Below, piece after piece: positions 54,330 through 63,211 of a stretch of DNA of 64,000 bases (positions are counted from its first letter, which is position 1; each line of letters begins with the position of its first letter). This stretch comes from an uncultured Candidatus Saccharibacteria bacterium (GTDB taxonomy: Bacteria; Patescibacteriota; Saccharimonadia; Saccharimonadales; JAGQNJ01): positions 128,701 through 192,700 of the forward strand of contig CAZBGZ010000001.1 of the NCBI GenBank assembly GCA_964491925.1, read 5' to 3'. The notes beneath the pieces were generated by a model. The model was not told the origin of the DNA and ran no database searches. It saw nothing but the letters and a program-made list of their open reading frames with translations. The translations under genes were made by a program, and so were the position numbers.

Positions 54330-55730
54330 ATGAAAAAGCGTTGCGCAAAATTGTCAACTAGCTTTGAAAACATTATTAAATCAAAAATATTTTTAAAAGT
54401 TACATTTACTTGGTTTTTTGTTCAGTCATTATTTTTTGCATTAACAACGAAGTTTGGGTTGCCGCCCGACGAAACTTATCATTTCACATACATCAAGCTT
54501 TTTGCCGAGCACTCGCCCTCGCCAATTTTAGCTGGTCAAGGAAATTATTATATTCTACTCGAGGCAGTAAAAAATCCTTTTTTCTTGTATCACTACCTGC
54601 TAAGTTTCCCCTACCTACTAGTCAGCTCTTTGCCTGGGCCTTATATTTTCCTAAGACTTATTAACGCAGGACTTGGGCTTGCATGCCTATTCATGGTTTA
54701 CAAAATTGCTAACCTAATAAAAATCTCGAAACTAGCCCGCAATCTAAGTATATTTATGTTATCAAATACGCTCATGTTTGTATTTATATTTTCTGCTGTT
54801 AGTTACGATACACTGTTCATTTTTTTGTCCATAGCTGGCGTATACTTGCTGCTTAGTCTTCAGCAAAGAATAATTGCAAAAGAACTCTTGCTGTTTGCTG
54901 TAATCGTAGCGACAGGAATTTTTGTAAAAATTAATTATTTACCTATTGCAGCATTACTTTTAGTTTTGTTTTTTGCTCAATATATCAAAACGATACCCTC
55001 TGTTTTTAAGAGTTTTAAAAAAACTTTCTTAAAGAATAAAAAATTAAACATTTTCCTTGTTGTATTACTAGGTTTTCTACTAACAATTTTCGTCCAGAGA
55101 TACGTTGGCAACATTATTCATTACGGGAAGATAGTTCCTGACTGCGACCAAGTGCAGTCTTTTGATTACTGTATGAAAAATTCCATATTCCAGAGAACAC
55201 AGTCAATAGCGGCTTCCAACAATCAAGAAGCTGGGGTCAGTGTTGTGTCATACATATTAGTATGGTCAAAATTAATGGCGCAGAGGACATTTGGTATTTA
55301 TGCCCACCACATACGTTTCCCTGGCTCTAATTTGATCGTTGGATGGGTTTTCATGATGTTTCTGACTGGGCTGATTTTTTTCGCCAAGTCATGGAAGCCA
55401 AAGGACAGGGCTGTTACTACGGTTGCTGTCATTATCTTTTTTTATCTAGTTACGCTGATAGCTCAAAACTACTTTCAAACGTATAAAAGTTCTTTCAATA
55501 TAGAGCTGGCGGTTCATGGGCGATATGCTTTTGGCGTGCTGCCTTTTATATTCATATTAACCACTCATTACACCTTAAAGGGCTTGCGTAGTGGATTATT
55601 AAAACTTTTATATATATTTGCTACTCTTATAATTTTTGTTTTATCTGGTTTGCCAATCTATATTAACAGGTCCGAAAGAACTTGGTATAACCGTGGGACA
55701 AAAAATATATTCATTATCAATAAGAACTAA
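54330..55730 (+). CDS. Polytopic GT-C-like membrane protein, family A copy 2 (DUF2142-like)
   Basis: I prefer the ATG at 54330 (MKKRCAKL...) over the GTG at 54246. It carries PPDETYHFT, LYHYLLSFPY and the Cys pair CDQVQSFDYC. It is a paralog of 38156..39661. Confidence 0.6.
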   Translation: MKKRCAKLSTSFENIIKSKIFLKVTFTWFFVQSLFFALTTKFGLPPDETYHFTYIKLFAEHSPSPILAGQGNYYILLEAVKNPFFLYHYLLSFPYLLVSSLPGPYIFLRLINAGLGLACLFMVYKIANLIKISKLARNLSIFMLSNTLMFVFIFSAVSYDTLFIFLSIAGVYLLLSLQQRIIAKELLLFAVIVATGIFVKINYLPIAALLLVLFFAQYIKTIPSVFKSFKKTFLKNKKLNIFLVVLLGFLLTIFVQRYVGNIIHYGKIVPDCDQVQSFDYCMKNSIFQRTQSIAASNNQEAGVSVVSYILVWSKLMAQRTFGIYAHHIRFPGSNLIVGWVFMMFLTGLIFFAKSWKPKDRAVTTVAVIIFFYLVTLIAQNYFQTYKSSFNIELAVHGRYAFGVLPFIFILTTHYTLKGLRSGLLKLLYIFATLIIFVLSGLPIYINRSERTWYNRGTKNIFIINKN

Positions 55731-55748
55731 ATGACTTTTAGCGCAATA

Positions 55749-57191
55749 TCATTGCTTCGTTTTCTTAGCCAAAACAAACAAAGATGTTGATAAAAGTAAT
55801 GTTCCCAAAAAGATCATAATTATTAGAATTATCGGCAACATCGAATAAACGTTATTGTCTAGACTCGCCTTGTAAATTGTCCGTGGCCCTCCTGATAAGC
55901 CCATAACGCTCGTCATAGCGATGCCTATGATTGTAAAAGCAGCAACCTGCCCGCGAGTTTTATCAAATCCAAGTAAGCCGTAAGACAGAAATAAGCTGGA
56001 GGCTAAAATAGCAGGGAGCATATATCTGAAATTGATTGCCCCATAACCAATCCCAAACTTTACTTGTACTAAGAACATGCCTAGTGCTGATAAAAACACC
56101 AGGCCAATTGCAACTGCCCTGGCTTGATCTTTAAAAAAAGTGCTCATTTCTTTTTTGCCCAAGCGAAGATATGTTGAACCAGATACACTAGTAATAGCGA
56201 CTGAAAGCGCGGGGAGTGTCGAATAGTTGGCGTAAAAGAAGCCCCACAACCGCATACTACTAAGAACGTCCATTAATGACTTATACTGTCTACCGCCGGT
56301 ATAGCCTGGGGGCGAGCTCTTAAACAAATTACCATTTGTTTTGTAATTCCAAAAATAATAAAACCAGCCGGTGGCGACGATAACCAACACCAGTATGCAT
56401 GCACTAATAGCGCTACCTTTGATAATTTTGTCTTTTGTAGTTTTCTTGCTTCGTATAAATAGCGTAATAAAAATAGCCAAAAAGTTAACAAACATAAATA
56501 CCATGTATGGTGCTTTTGTCAGCATCCCCAGCACGGAGAGTATTGCAATCCATATCAAATATTTATTTATTAAACCGTTCTTGAGTATTTTGTAGTTTGC
56601 AATCAATGAAAGCGTAGACAATGTCACAAAAAGTGGGTCGATAGCATAGTCCATATTTAATCTCGTAAAACGAAATAGTAGAACGGAAAATGCCGGAACG
56701 GTTATTGCAAATAGCTCTTTTCTTTTACCGCCCAACAACCAGCCGGCCCAAGACAAGACGGCAATACACCCTATACCGAGAAATATATTTATTGCCCTAC
56801 CAACTGCAATTGCTGCCTGCCATTTGCCCTGTTTTAATAACGGGCCAACGAACGGCGCGTGTACAACATAGAAAAGTGGTGGGTTGGCCGATTCACCCTG
56901 CTTTTTAGGGCCCGTTAAGTCTGTAAATGGTTTGTACTGTACGCCGTCATACCACCGTGGAATGTCATGGTTGTACACACGCCAAACATAGTCAACATGC
57001 CTAAAAGTGTCGCCTCTGCTATACCACGGAGTTGTTGATGATACGATGCCAGCTGCCCCGACATATAGTAGTACAACACTAAAAAACCCCAAGACGAATG
57101 CCTTTGGGAACTGCCATTTCAATAGCCTGAATTCGCCCATAAATAAGCTATCGAATATACTTTTTATCTTCGCCCCATTCATCCAGCACAA
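55749..57191 (-). CDS. Polytopic GT-C-like membrane protein, family B copy 2 (ArnT/PMT-like)
   Basis: 480 aa with HVDYVWRVYN...NPPLFYVVHAPFVGP. It is a paralog of 48511..50049. Confidence 0.65.
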   Translation of the reverse strand: MCWMNGAKIKSIFDSLFMGEFRLLKWQFPKAFVLGFFSVVLLYVGAAGIVSSTTPWYSRGDTFRHVDYVWRVYNHDIPRWYDGVQYKPFTDLTGPKKQGESANPPLFYVVHAPFVGPLLKQGKWQAAIAVGRAINIFLGIGCIAVLSWAGWLLGGKRKELFAITVPAFSVLLFRFTRLNMDYAIDPLFVTLSTLSLIANYKILKNGLINKYLIWIAILSVLGMLTKAPYMVFMFVNFLAIFITLFIRSKKTTKDKIIKGSAISACILVLVIVATGWFYYFWNYKTNGNLFKSSPPGYTGGRQYKSLMDVLSSMRLWGFFYANYSTLPALSVAITSVSGSTYLRLGKKEMSTFFKDQARAVAIGLVFLSALGMFLVQVKFGIGYGAINFRYMLPAILASSLFLSYGLLGFDKTRGQVAAFTIIGIAMTSVMGLSGGPRTIYKASLDNNVYSMLPIILIIMIFLGTLLLSTSLFVLAKKTKQ

Positions 57192-57277
57192 AATCCTTTC
57201 GATTGCTAAGAGTCTTAGGTTATTTCTTCTCTACCTTTATTCTATACTACTATCGTAGTAAAGTGTTCCCTGTACAT

Positions 57278-58615
57278 ATGAAAAAACAAACTGATTCGAA
57301 AACGCCAATTCACCAAACAAATATAGAGCGGGCTACTTTCAAAAATTTATTTGTTCTTGTCAAAAAGGGACAATTTGTTGAAATAGCAAAAGTTATTAGA
57401 AGACGAACTCTAAACAGCTTAAAAGCTATCAAGCGTATGGCTAGAAAAGCCTGGGGAGTAATTTATGATTATCCTCCCATAAAATATTGGCGCGAACAAA
57501 GAAAGTTAAATAAAATATTGTTGGAATATTTTGGCTACCCTACTGAGCAACAAAACAATAATAAAACTATCCAAGTTGCATTAATAATCGGCGAGGGCAA
57601 AACAGCACCTAAGAGTTCTGCATTTATCCGTTTGATTTCCCCACTGACTGAAGAATCAATCAAAAGTAAAATTTCATTTAAAATTTTCAATGGGAATACT
57701 TCGGACATTGGCGCATCATTCAACTATTGCATTGTTCAAAGAACGGCTTTTGATTCAGTCGCTAAAGCCAAACAGTTGGTGTCTAACCTTAACCTAACTG
57801 GCACTAAACTGGTTATTGATACCGATGATGCTTTCGGTATGATAGATGCAAGTCATCCTGAATTCAGTAGGCATAGTGGCAGGATGGAGGCCAAGAACTT
57901 TTTACTCATCCAAGCATCACAAATTTGGGTATCGACAAACATCCTTCTCAAATCATTAGACCCTAAATTGCAAAAGAAAGCTTTTGTAGTACCAAACGGT
58001 TTGGACCGACGGTTATGGCAAAAAAGAGTTGCCCAGGGTAAGAAAAAAGCTAAAGTTAGCAAACTAAGAATGGTGTATATGGGCACAGCAACTCACGACA
58101 GTGACCTGAAGATTATTCTTCCCTCGTTGGAAAAACTAAATGAAAAATATCCTGGGTCATTTTCTCTAGACTTAGTGGGCGTTACAGACGATGCTCCTAA
58201 TCAACCGTGGGTTAACCGAGTTTATTTAAAAAGCTCATTATACCCAGAATTTGTTGAATGGTTTGTTTCAAAAAGTAGGTTCGATATTGGACTATCTCCC
58301 TTAGTAGATTCTAATTTCAATAGAGGCAAGTCTGACATTAAATGCCTGGACTACCTAGCTGCTGGTATATTGCCAGTTGTCTCTAATACTGAGGCCTATA
58401 AATCCACCGACCTAGATAATTATATTATCCGGGTCAATAATGGCGTTGAAGCATGGTGCGAGACTCTTGAGAGTTTGATATCAGAAACAGTCTTACAGGC
58501 AGAAATTAATAAAAAAATAAAAAACGGGCAAAAGTATATTTGGAGTAAACGCTCATCAAAAAATACAGCTAACATTATTTACCAGCGCCTGATGACTACT
58601 AAAAAAAGTAGCTAG
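57278..58615 (+). CDS. Putative GT-B-fold glycosyltransferase (weak)
   Basis: I placed the start at MKKQTDSK (ATG 57278). The pattern VQRTAF...KLVIDTDDAF...IWVSTNILLKSL...VVPNGLD resembles glycosyltransferases from O-antigen clusters. Confidence 0.45.
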   Translation: MKKQTDSKTPIHQTNIERATFKNLFVLVKKGQFVEIAKVIRRRTLNSLKAIKRMARKAWGVIYDYPPIKYWREQRKLNKILLEYFGYPTEQQNNNKTIQVALIIGEGKTAPKSSAFIRLISPLTEESIKSKISFKIFNGNTSDIGASFNYCIVQRTAFDSVAKAKQLVSNLNLTGTKLVIDTDDAFGMIDASHPEFSRHSGRMEAKNFLLIQASQIWVSTNILLKSLDPKLQKKAFVVPNGLDRRLWQKRVAQGKKKAKVSKLRMVYMGTATHDSDLKIILPSLEKLNEKYPGSFSLDLVGVTDDAPNQPWVNRVYLKSSLYPEFVEWFVSKSRFDIGLSPLVDSNFNRGKSDIKCLDYLAAGILPVVSNTEAYKSTDLDNYIIRVNNGVEAWCETLESLISETVLQAEINKKIKNGQKYIWSKRSSKNTANIIYQRLMTTKKSS

Positions 58616-59550
58616 TGCTTTTTTATTTTTGCTCGAACGGACTTGATAATCTTTTGCGATAGTTTGTTTCTGGTCAATGTGCGCTTTACTGCCGTTTTTG
58701 CTCTTTTCCTAGCGTTTGGTCTAGCAACGGAATGGTCGACGGCATTTTCTGTTTTTAATGCTGATTGCATATAATCCCTAACCTCTTGCCTGTAACTAGG
58801 GTACCGCTGCCAGATGATTTTGTTGTTCTGCTCTAGCAGTTTAGCTTTGGATTCTAGTGAAAAACTACGTGCTTCCTGGTGAAATACATAGGCGTGATTC
58901 GCCAGTGAACATAGGTATCCATCTGCTCTGAGGCGCTGGCAAAAATCCACTTCCTCGCCGTAACCTTTGCCAAAAACTTCATCAAACAAACCATATTTTT
59001 TTATCAAGTCTCTTTTTATTAGCATGCAAAAACCGTGCGCAGTCGGCACTATGCTATATTGCGGCAATTTGTTTTTTATCTTTACAAATAGTTCGTAAGA
59101 TTTTTTTGCGCCAATGCCTTTTTTAGGTGCAGATGATAACGGAATTGTAGCAATAGTGGCGTTATTCGACCTAGGTGATACGACTGCTATCTTTTTATCA
59201 GAATAAAGCACCCCTAACATTTCCTGTAAGAAATTTTTAGTTACTTTTGTATCGCTATTTAATAGCAAAATATCATTTTTTGTTTTATCCAAATTTAACA
59301 CAGCATTGTTGCAGTTCTGGACAAATCCCAGATTTTTATTATTACGATAATATTCAAAATTATTGTGTCCGTGTATAGCTTTTTTGATTTCCCGTTCGAT
59401 AATGTCTGCTTCAGGTCCGCAATCGTTTATTAGCATTACTTTATTGACAGCTGGGTCCACGTGCTTCTTTAGTGATTCGATGCAGTCGTCTAGCGATGGC
59501 CAATCACCATAAACTGGCACAACAATGGTTATTGGTTTTGCGGTTGGCAT
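58612..59550 (-). CDS. Glycosyltransferase family 2 (GT-A), rhamnosyltransferase-like
   Basis: 312 aa with ITIVVPVYGD, LINDCGPE, and an NSD(T) DxD-like motif. Confidence 0.85.
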   Translation of the reverse strand: MPTAKPITIVVPVYGDWPSLDDCIESLKKHVDPAVNKVMLINDCGPEADIIEREIKKAIHGHNNFEYYRNNKNLGFVQNCNNAVLNLDKTKNDILLLNSDTKVTKNFLQEMLGVLYSDKKIAVVSPRSNNATIATIPLSSAPKKGIGAKKSYELFVKIKNKLPQYSIVPTAHGFCMLIKRDLIKKYGLFDEVFGKGYGEEVDFCQRLRADGYLCSLANHAYVFHQEARSFSLESKAKLLEQNNKIIWQRYPSYRQEVRDYMQSALKTENAVDHSVARPNARKRAKTAVKRTLTRNKLSQKIIKSVRAKIKKH

Positions 59551-59551
59551 A

Positions 59552-60928
59552 TTATTTTCCTGTAATCCTTGCTTTTAAACTGCGGGTCTTATGATAGTAT
59601 TTTTTCGCCTGCGCCCGAGCTTTACTACGCAATTTTTGCTTTAGACTTTCGTGAGTTTTTGCATGTTGAGTAGCTAATTTTAAGTTATCTTGTAGTTTTT
59701 TGACCATGTGTATATTTTTTGGATTAGATGTAGATTTTTCATTCTTGACCATGGCTAACCTTTTGAACAGTGCGTCAATGTTATTGCTCCCGGACATCAG
59801 TTCTGCTGCTTTTCTTTTTGATGCATCTGAATGCTTTGCAATCAAAGTTTTGTCTTTAGCATAATGTTCAATTGCTCGGGCCAAGCTAGCAACATCTCCG
59901 TTCTTGAATGTATACCCATTCTGTCCGTCGTCTACCATTTCTGGTGTTGCGCCAGAATTTGCCCCGACTACCGGCTTGCCAAGGACTAGATATTCAAAAG
60001 TGACTCTACCAAACCCCTCTTTGCGCGATGCCATAACTCCTACATCGGCAAATTTTACATAAGCTAATAAATTGTCTTGGAAACCAACTAAATGTATCCT
60101 GTTTTCTAGTTTATTTTGCTTAATGACTAAATCCATCTGTTTGTTAAAGTCTGGCTCACCCTCTTTACCAACGGCACATAACTCAACATCATGTCCATCT
60201 TTTACCAATCTACCAACTGCCTTGACAGCCTCTAGTTGTCCTTTGGACGGGGCTAAATTGCCGGCGATTACTAACTTCAAACTAGATTTTCTCTTAAATG
60301 GATTGGGTGCCGGACTTTTACTTTTTTTTATAATGTCATCAATTTTAAATGGGTTGTACAAAACAGTTACTTTTTTTTCTGGCATATACTTTACCAGGTG
60401 AGATTCTAACGACTTAGAAATTGTTACAACCAGGTTAGACATGTTGTCTACATCTGACATAGTTTTTTCTCGGCCTAGCTCAAATATTCTGCCATGATCC
60501 AGGTCGCCGTATTCACGAACGAACCAAACATGAGGTTTGTTTTGATTAAGCGCGGCAATAGCGGCCCACGGGCAAACAATCGAATTTGTCATAACTATGT
60601 CTGGTTTTGTTTTTTTAATAATCTGTTCTATAGATTTAACTGCCCGAATATTTTGACTGGCATTTCTAGATATGTCTTCTGGTCTAGTTGGCGGATTGCC
60701 ATCAGACCAAAAAGTATAGCCTAGCGCATGGTACTTCCAGCCCCGCTTTCTGATTGCTCCAGCCATACCCATGACTGGTTCACGCAGTATAAATTCTGGT
60801 TTAACGTTGTATTTATCAGTAAGAGCATCGAAAACATCTAACATGGACATTTCTGCCCCACCGAGTAATCTCCCGGTATGTGATAGAACTAGAACATTAA
60901 GTTTTTTTGAGCTCATTCCATATACCAT
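59552..60928 (-). CDS. Glycosyltransferase family 4 (GT-B) with basic C-terminal helical tail
   Basis: 458 aa with EGFGRVTFEYLVLGKPVVGANSGATPEMVDDGQNGYTF. Confidence 0.8.
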   Translation of the reverse strand: MVYGMSSKKLNVLVLSHTGRLLGGAEMSMLDVFDALTDKYNVKPEFILREPVMGMAGAIRKRGWKYHALGYTFWSDGNPPTRPEDISRNASQNIRAVKSIEQIIKKTKPDIVMTNSIVCPWAAIAALNQNKPHVWFVREYGDLDHGRIFELGREKTMSDVDNMSNLVVTISKSLESHLVKYMPEKKVTVLYNPFKIDDIIKKSKSPAPNPFKRKSSLKLVIAGNLAPSKGQLEAVKAVGRLVKDGHDVELCAVGKEGEPDFNKQMDLVIKQNKLENRIHLVGFQDNLLAYVKFADVGVMASRKEGFGRVTFEYLVLGKPVVGANSGATPEMVDDGQNGYTFKNGDVASLARAIEHYAKDKTLIAKHSDASKRKAAELMSGSNNIDALFKRLAMVKNEKSTSNPKNIHMVKKLQDNLKLATQHAKTHESLKQKLRSKARAQAKKYYHKTRSLKARITGK

Positions 60929-61068
60929 TATATGCGAAATAGGGCTAGTTTACCTGTTGTATTTCAATAGATTACCAAATTTCATATTTCCCAATCATAT
61001 AGGGCCTACTTCTAACAGGTTAGCCTAACTTTTTTATTAAATTAAAAAATTTTTATTAAAAACGAGGG

Positions 61069-62286
61069 CTAGGAAACATCTACACTAATGCTTGGATGAA
61101 CTAAGCTTTTGATGTGGTGTTTTCTTCCTTCTACAATAAACTCCGCTACCCCCTCGGACCTCAAAATAACTTTAGGAACGGCACCAGAGTGCTCTGCAAC
61201 CCCGATACTCAAAGAGTATAGTCCATTGGTCAATACATTCTGTATAGTGAATTTAACCGTTACTTTCTTGTTTTTCTCCAAGTGCACATCTCCACTCCCA
61301 AATTGCGTATCGTAAGAGATAACCATGAGTCTATCTCTGTTTTTAATATTTATACCTATATTTGCTATTGGGATATCAATCTTGCTTTTGACTGTGACTT
61401 CTACCTCGAATGGATCGTCACAGCTCAATTTTTTTGCTACCTTGCCATACTGCAATGTTCTAGAACTAACTACTTCTATGTCAGTTGCATCTTCTTTAGC
61501 GCGCTTAGTGGCCTCCTTCCTGGATCTATCTCTGGCCAAGGCCTCCTCCTGCAAGAACATATTTTCGTACATACTGGCAATTTGAGAGCTAGACCCAACC
61601 ATTTTGATTACTCCCTTTTCTATAAGCATTGCACGATCACAAAATTGCTCAACTGCTTGCATATTATGAGATACAAGGATTATTGTCTTTTTATCTCTTT
61701 TTAAAGAGTTGAAATAATCAAAACATTTCTGTTGAAATGCAGAATCCCCTACAGCAAGGACTTCGTCGAGGAGTAAAATATCACCGCGAGCACGTATAGC
61801 TATGGAGAACGCCAACCTAACCTGCATACCTGACGAGTAGTTTTTTAGTTTTTGGTTCATGAACTTTTCCAGTTCCGCGAAGTCGACAATATCTTTATAC
61901 ATTATGTCCATTTGTTTTCTGCTAAATCCTAGCAACGCCCCATTTAGGAATACATTCTCCCTACCGGTTAGCTCTGGGTTAAAACCTACCCCTAGTTCAA
62001 TAAACGGCACAAGGCTGCCCTTCACCCTTATGTCGCCGGTCGATGGATAATAAATACCGGCTAGAAGTTTCAGTAAGGTGCTTTTACCGCTACCATTGCG
62101 CCCAACGATTCCAAAAAATTCACCTTTCCTAACCTCGAATGATATGTCTTGCAAAACAGTTTGTTTTTCGTACTTTTGTTTGCGGAACATATCTACGAAA
62201 ACGCTCTTTACCGAAGTACGTTTTTCTTCAGGCAATTGGAATGTCTTGCTCAGCCCATCTACTTTTACTAAAACATCTTTATCCAT
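61069..62286 (-). CDS. Polysaccharide/teichoic-acid ABC exporter ATP-binding protein (Wzt/TagH-type) with C-terminal beta-sandwich extension
   Basis: Walker A GRNGSGKST, signature YSSGMQVRL, and Walker B ILLLDEVLAVGD. A ~135-aa C-terminal domain (nt ~61072-61479) resembles the Wzt_C carbohydrate-binding domain. Confidence 0.9.
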   Translation of the reverse strand: MDKDVLVKVDGLSKTFQLPEEKRTSVKSVFVDMFRKQKYEKQTVLQDISFEVRKGEFFGIVGRNGSGKSTLLKLLAGIYYPSTGDIRVKGSLVPFIELGVGFNPELTGRENVFLNGALLGFSRKQMDIMYKDIVDFAELEKFMNQKLKNYSSGMQVRLAFSIAIRARGDILLLDEVLAVGDSAFQQKCFDYFNSLKRDKKTIILVSHNMQAVEQFCDRAMLIEKGVIKMVGSSSQIASMYENMFLQEEALARDRSRKEATKRAKEDATDIEVVSSRTLQYGKVAKKLSCDDPFEVEVTVKSKIDIPIANIGINIKNRDRLMVISYDTQFGSGDVHLEKNKKVTVKFTIQNVLTNGLYSLSIGVAEHSGAVPKVILRSEGVAEFIVEGRKHHIKSLVHPSISVDVS

Positions 62287-63096
62287 CTAGATGTTCTCCG
62301 CAAAATATTTTGATTCTCTTTTGAAATATAAAACCCCGAATATCAGCGTAATTACGACTATCAATATCGGTATATACATATATGGGCCTCCATCAAAAAC
62401 GCTGTAGGTAGTCACGGATTTGTGAGTCACTAAACTATACCTAGCGTTTTGTATGCTCTGTGCTACTGGGTTGAGCATTATCAGTTTTTGCATAGTTACA
62501 TTATGAATCCGGGCCATGGTGTAGATTATTGGCGTTAGATAAAACCCCGCGCGCATTAGCACTTCCCATATATAGCTAATGTCACGGTACTTCACAAAAG
62601 CCGCAGATAGAAAGAGCGAAAGACCTAATGCAAATATATATAGCTCTAACAGGCTCAGTGGCAGCAGTACTGCTGTCGCCTGCAATGGGACCATATTAAT
62701 AACCATAAATACCCCAACAACAATCAGATTCAACCCTAAGTTAATAAGTGACGACAAACTGCTAGATATAACTATTATCCACCTAGGGATATTTATTTTG
62801 CGTATTAAATCGCCCCTACCAACAATTGATGCAAGGCTTTGGCTGGTAATCTCATCAAAAAAGTTCCACATAACAATGCCAAGAAGAAGATAAACTGGGT
62901 AGTGAGGAATGTCACCACCGAACTTCAAAAATTTTACAAACACGATATAAAGGATGCAAAAAAGGAATAACGGACGCAAAAGAGACCACGCATAGCCTAA
63001 TGCAGACCCTTGATATCGCAACTTAAAATCGGTTCTAACTAATTCCGCGAGTAGTACCCGATTTTTCTTCGAAAAAACACGTTTTATGTTTATCAT
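62287..63096 (-). CDS. Polysaccharide ABC exporter permease (ABC-2, Wzm/TagG-type)
   Basis: I placed the start at MINIKRVF (ATG 63096). It has 6 TM segments and the pattern FKLRYQGSALGYAWSLLRPL typical of Wzm/TagG. A TATAAT lies at 63114-63109 on the minus strand. Confidence 0.85.
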   Translation of the reverse strand: MINIKRVFSKKNRVLLAELVRTDFKLRYQGSALGYAWSLLRPLFLFCILYIVFVKFLKFGGDIPHYPVYLLLGIVMWNFFDEITSQSLASIVGRGDLIRKINIPRWIIVISSSLSSLINLGLNLIVVGVFMVINMVPLQATAVLLPLSLLELYIFALGLSLFLSAAFVKYRDISYIWEVLMRAGFYLTPIIYTMARIHNVTMQKLIMLNPVAQSIQNARYSLVTHKSVTTYSVFDGGPYMYIPILIVVITLIFGVLYFKRESKYFAENI

Positions 63097-63211
63097 ATAA
63101 GTATAGCTATTATAGTGCACGAAGTGCATATATAGAAATATCTTTGAGACAAAACTGATACTGATTGGTTTATTCTGTTATGATTAATCTCGGTAATTAA
63201 AGAGCAAAATA

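Noticed and set aside
60929-61068. A long-range inverted repeat (GGCTAgtttACCTGTT ... AACAGGTTAGCC) and a duplicated ATAGGGC motif between wzt and the GT4 gene
   Set aside because: This could be a terminator with an unusually large (~60 nt) loop followed by a T-run, plus a TATAAT promoter for the GT4 gene. The stem is short and interrupted, and I cannot distinguish it from chance in AT-rich DNA. It is mentioned for completeness only.
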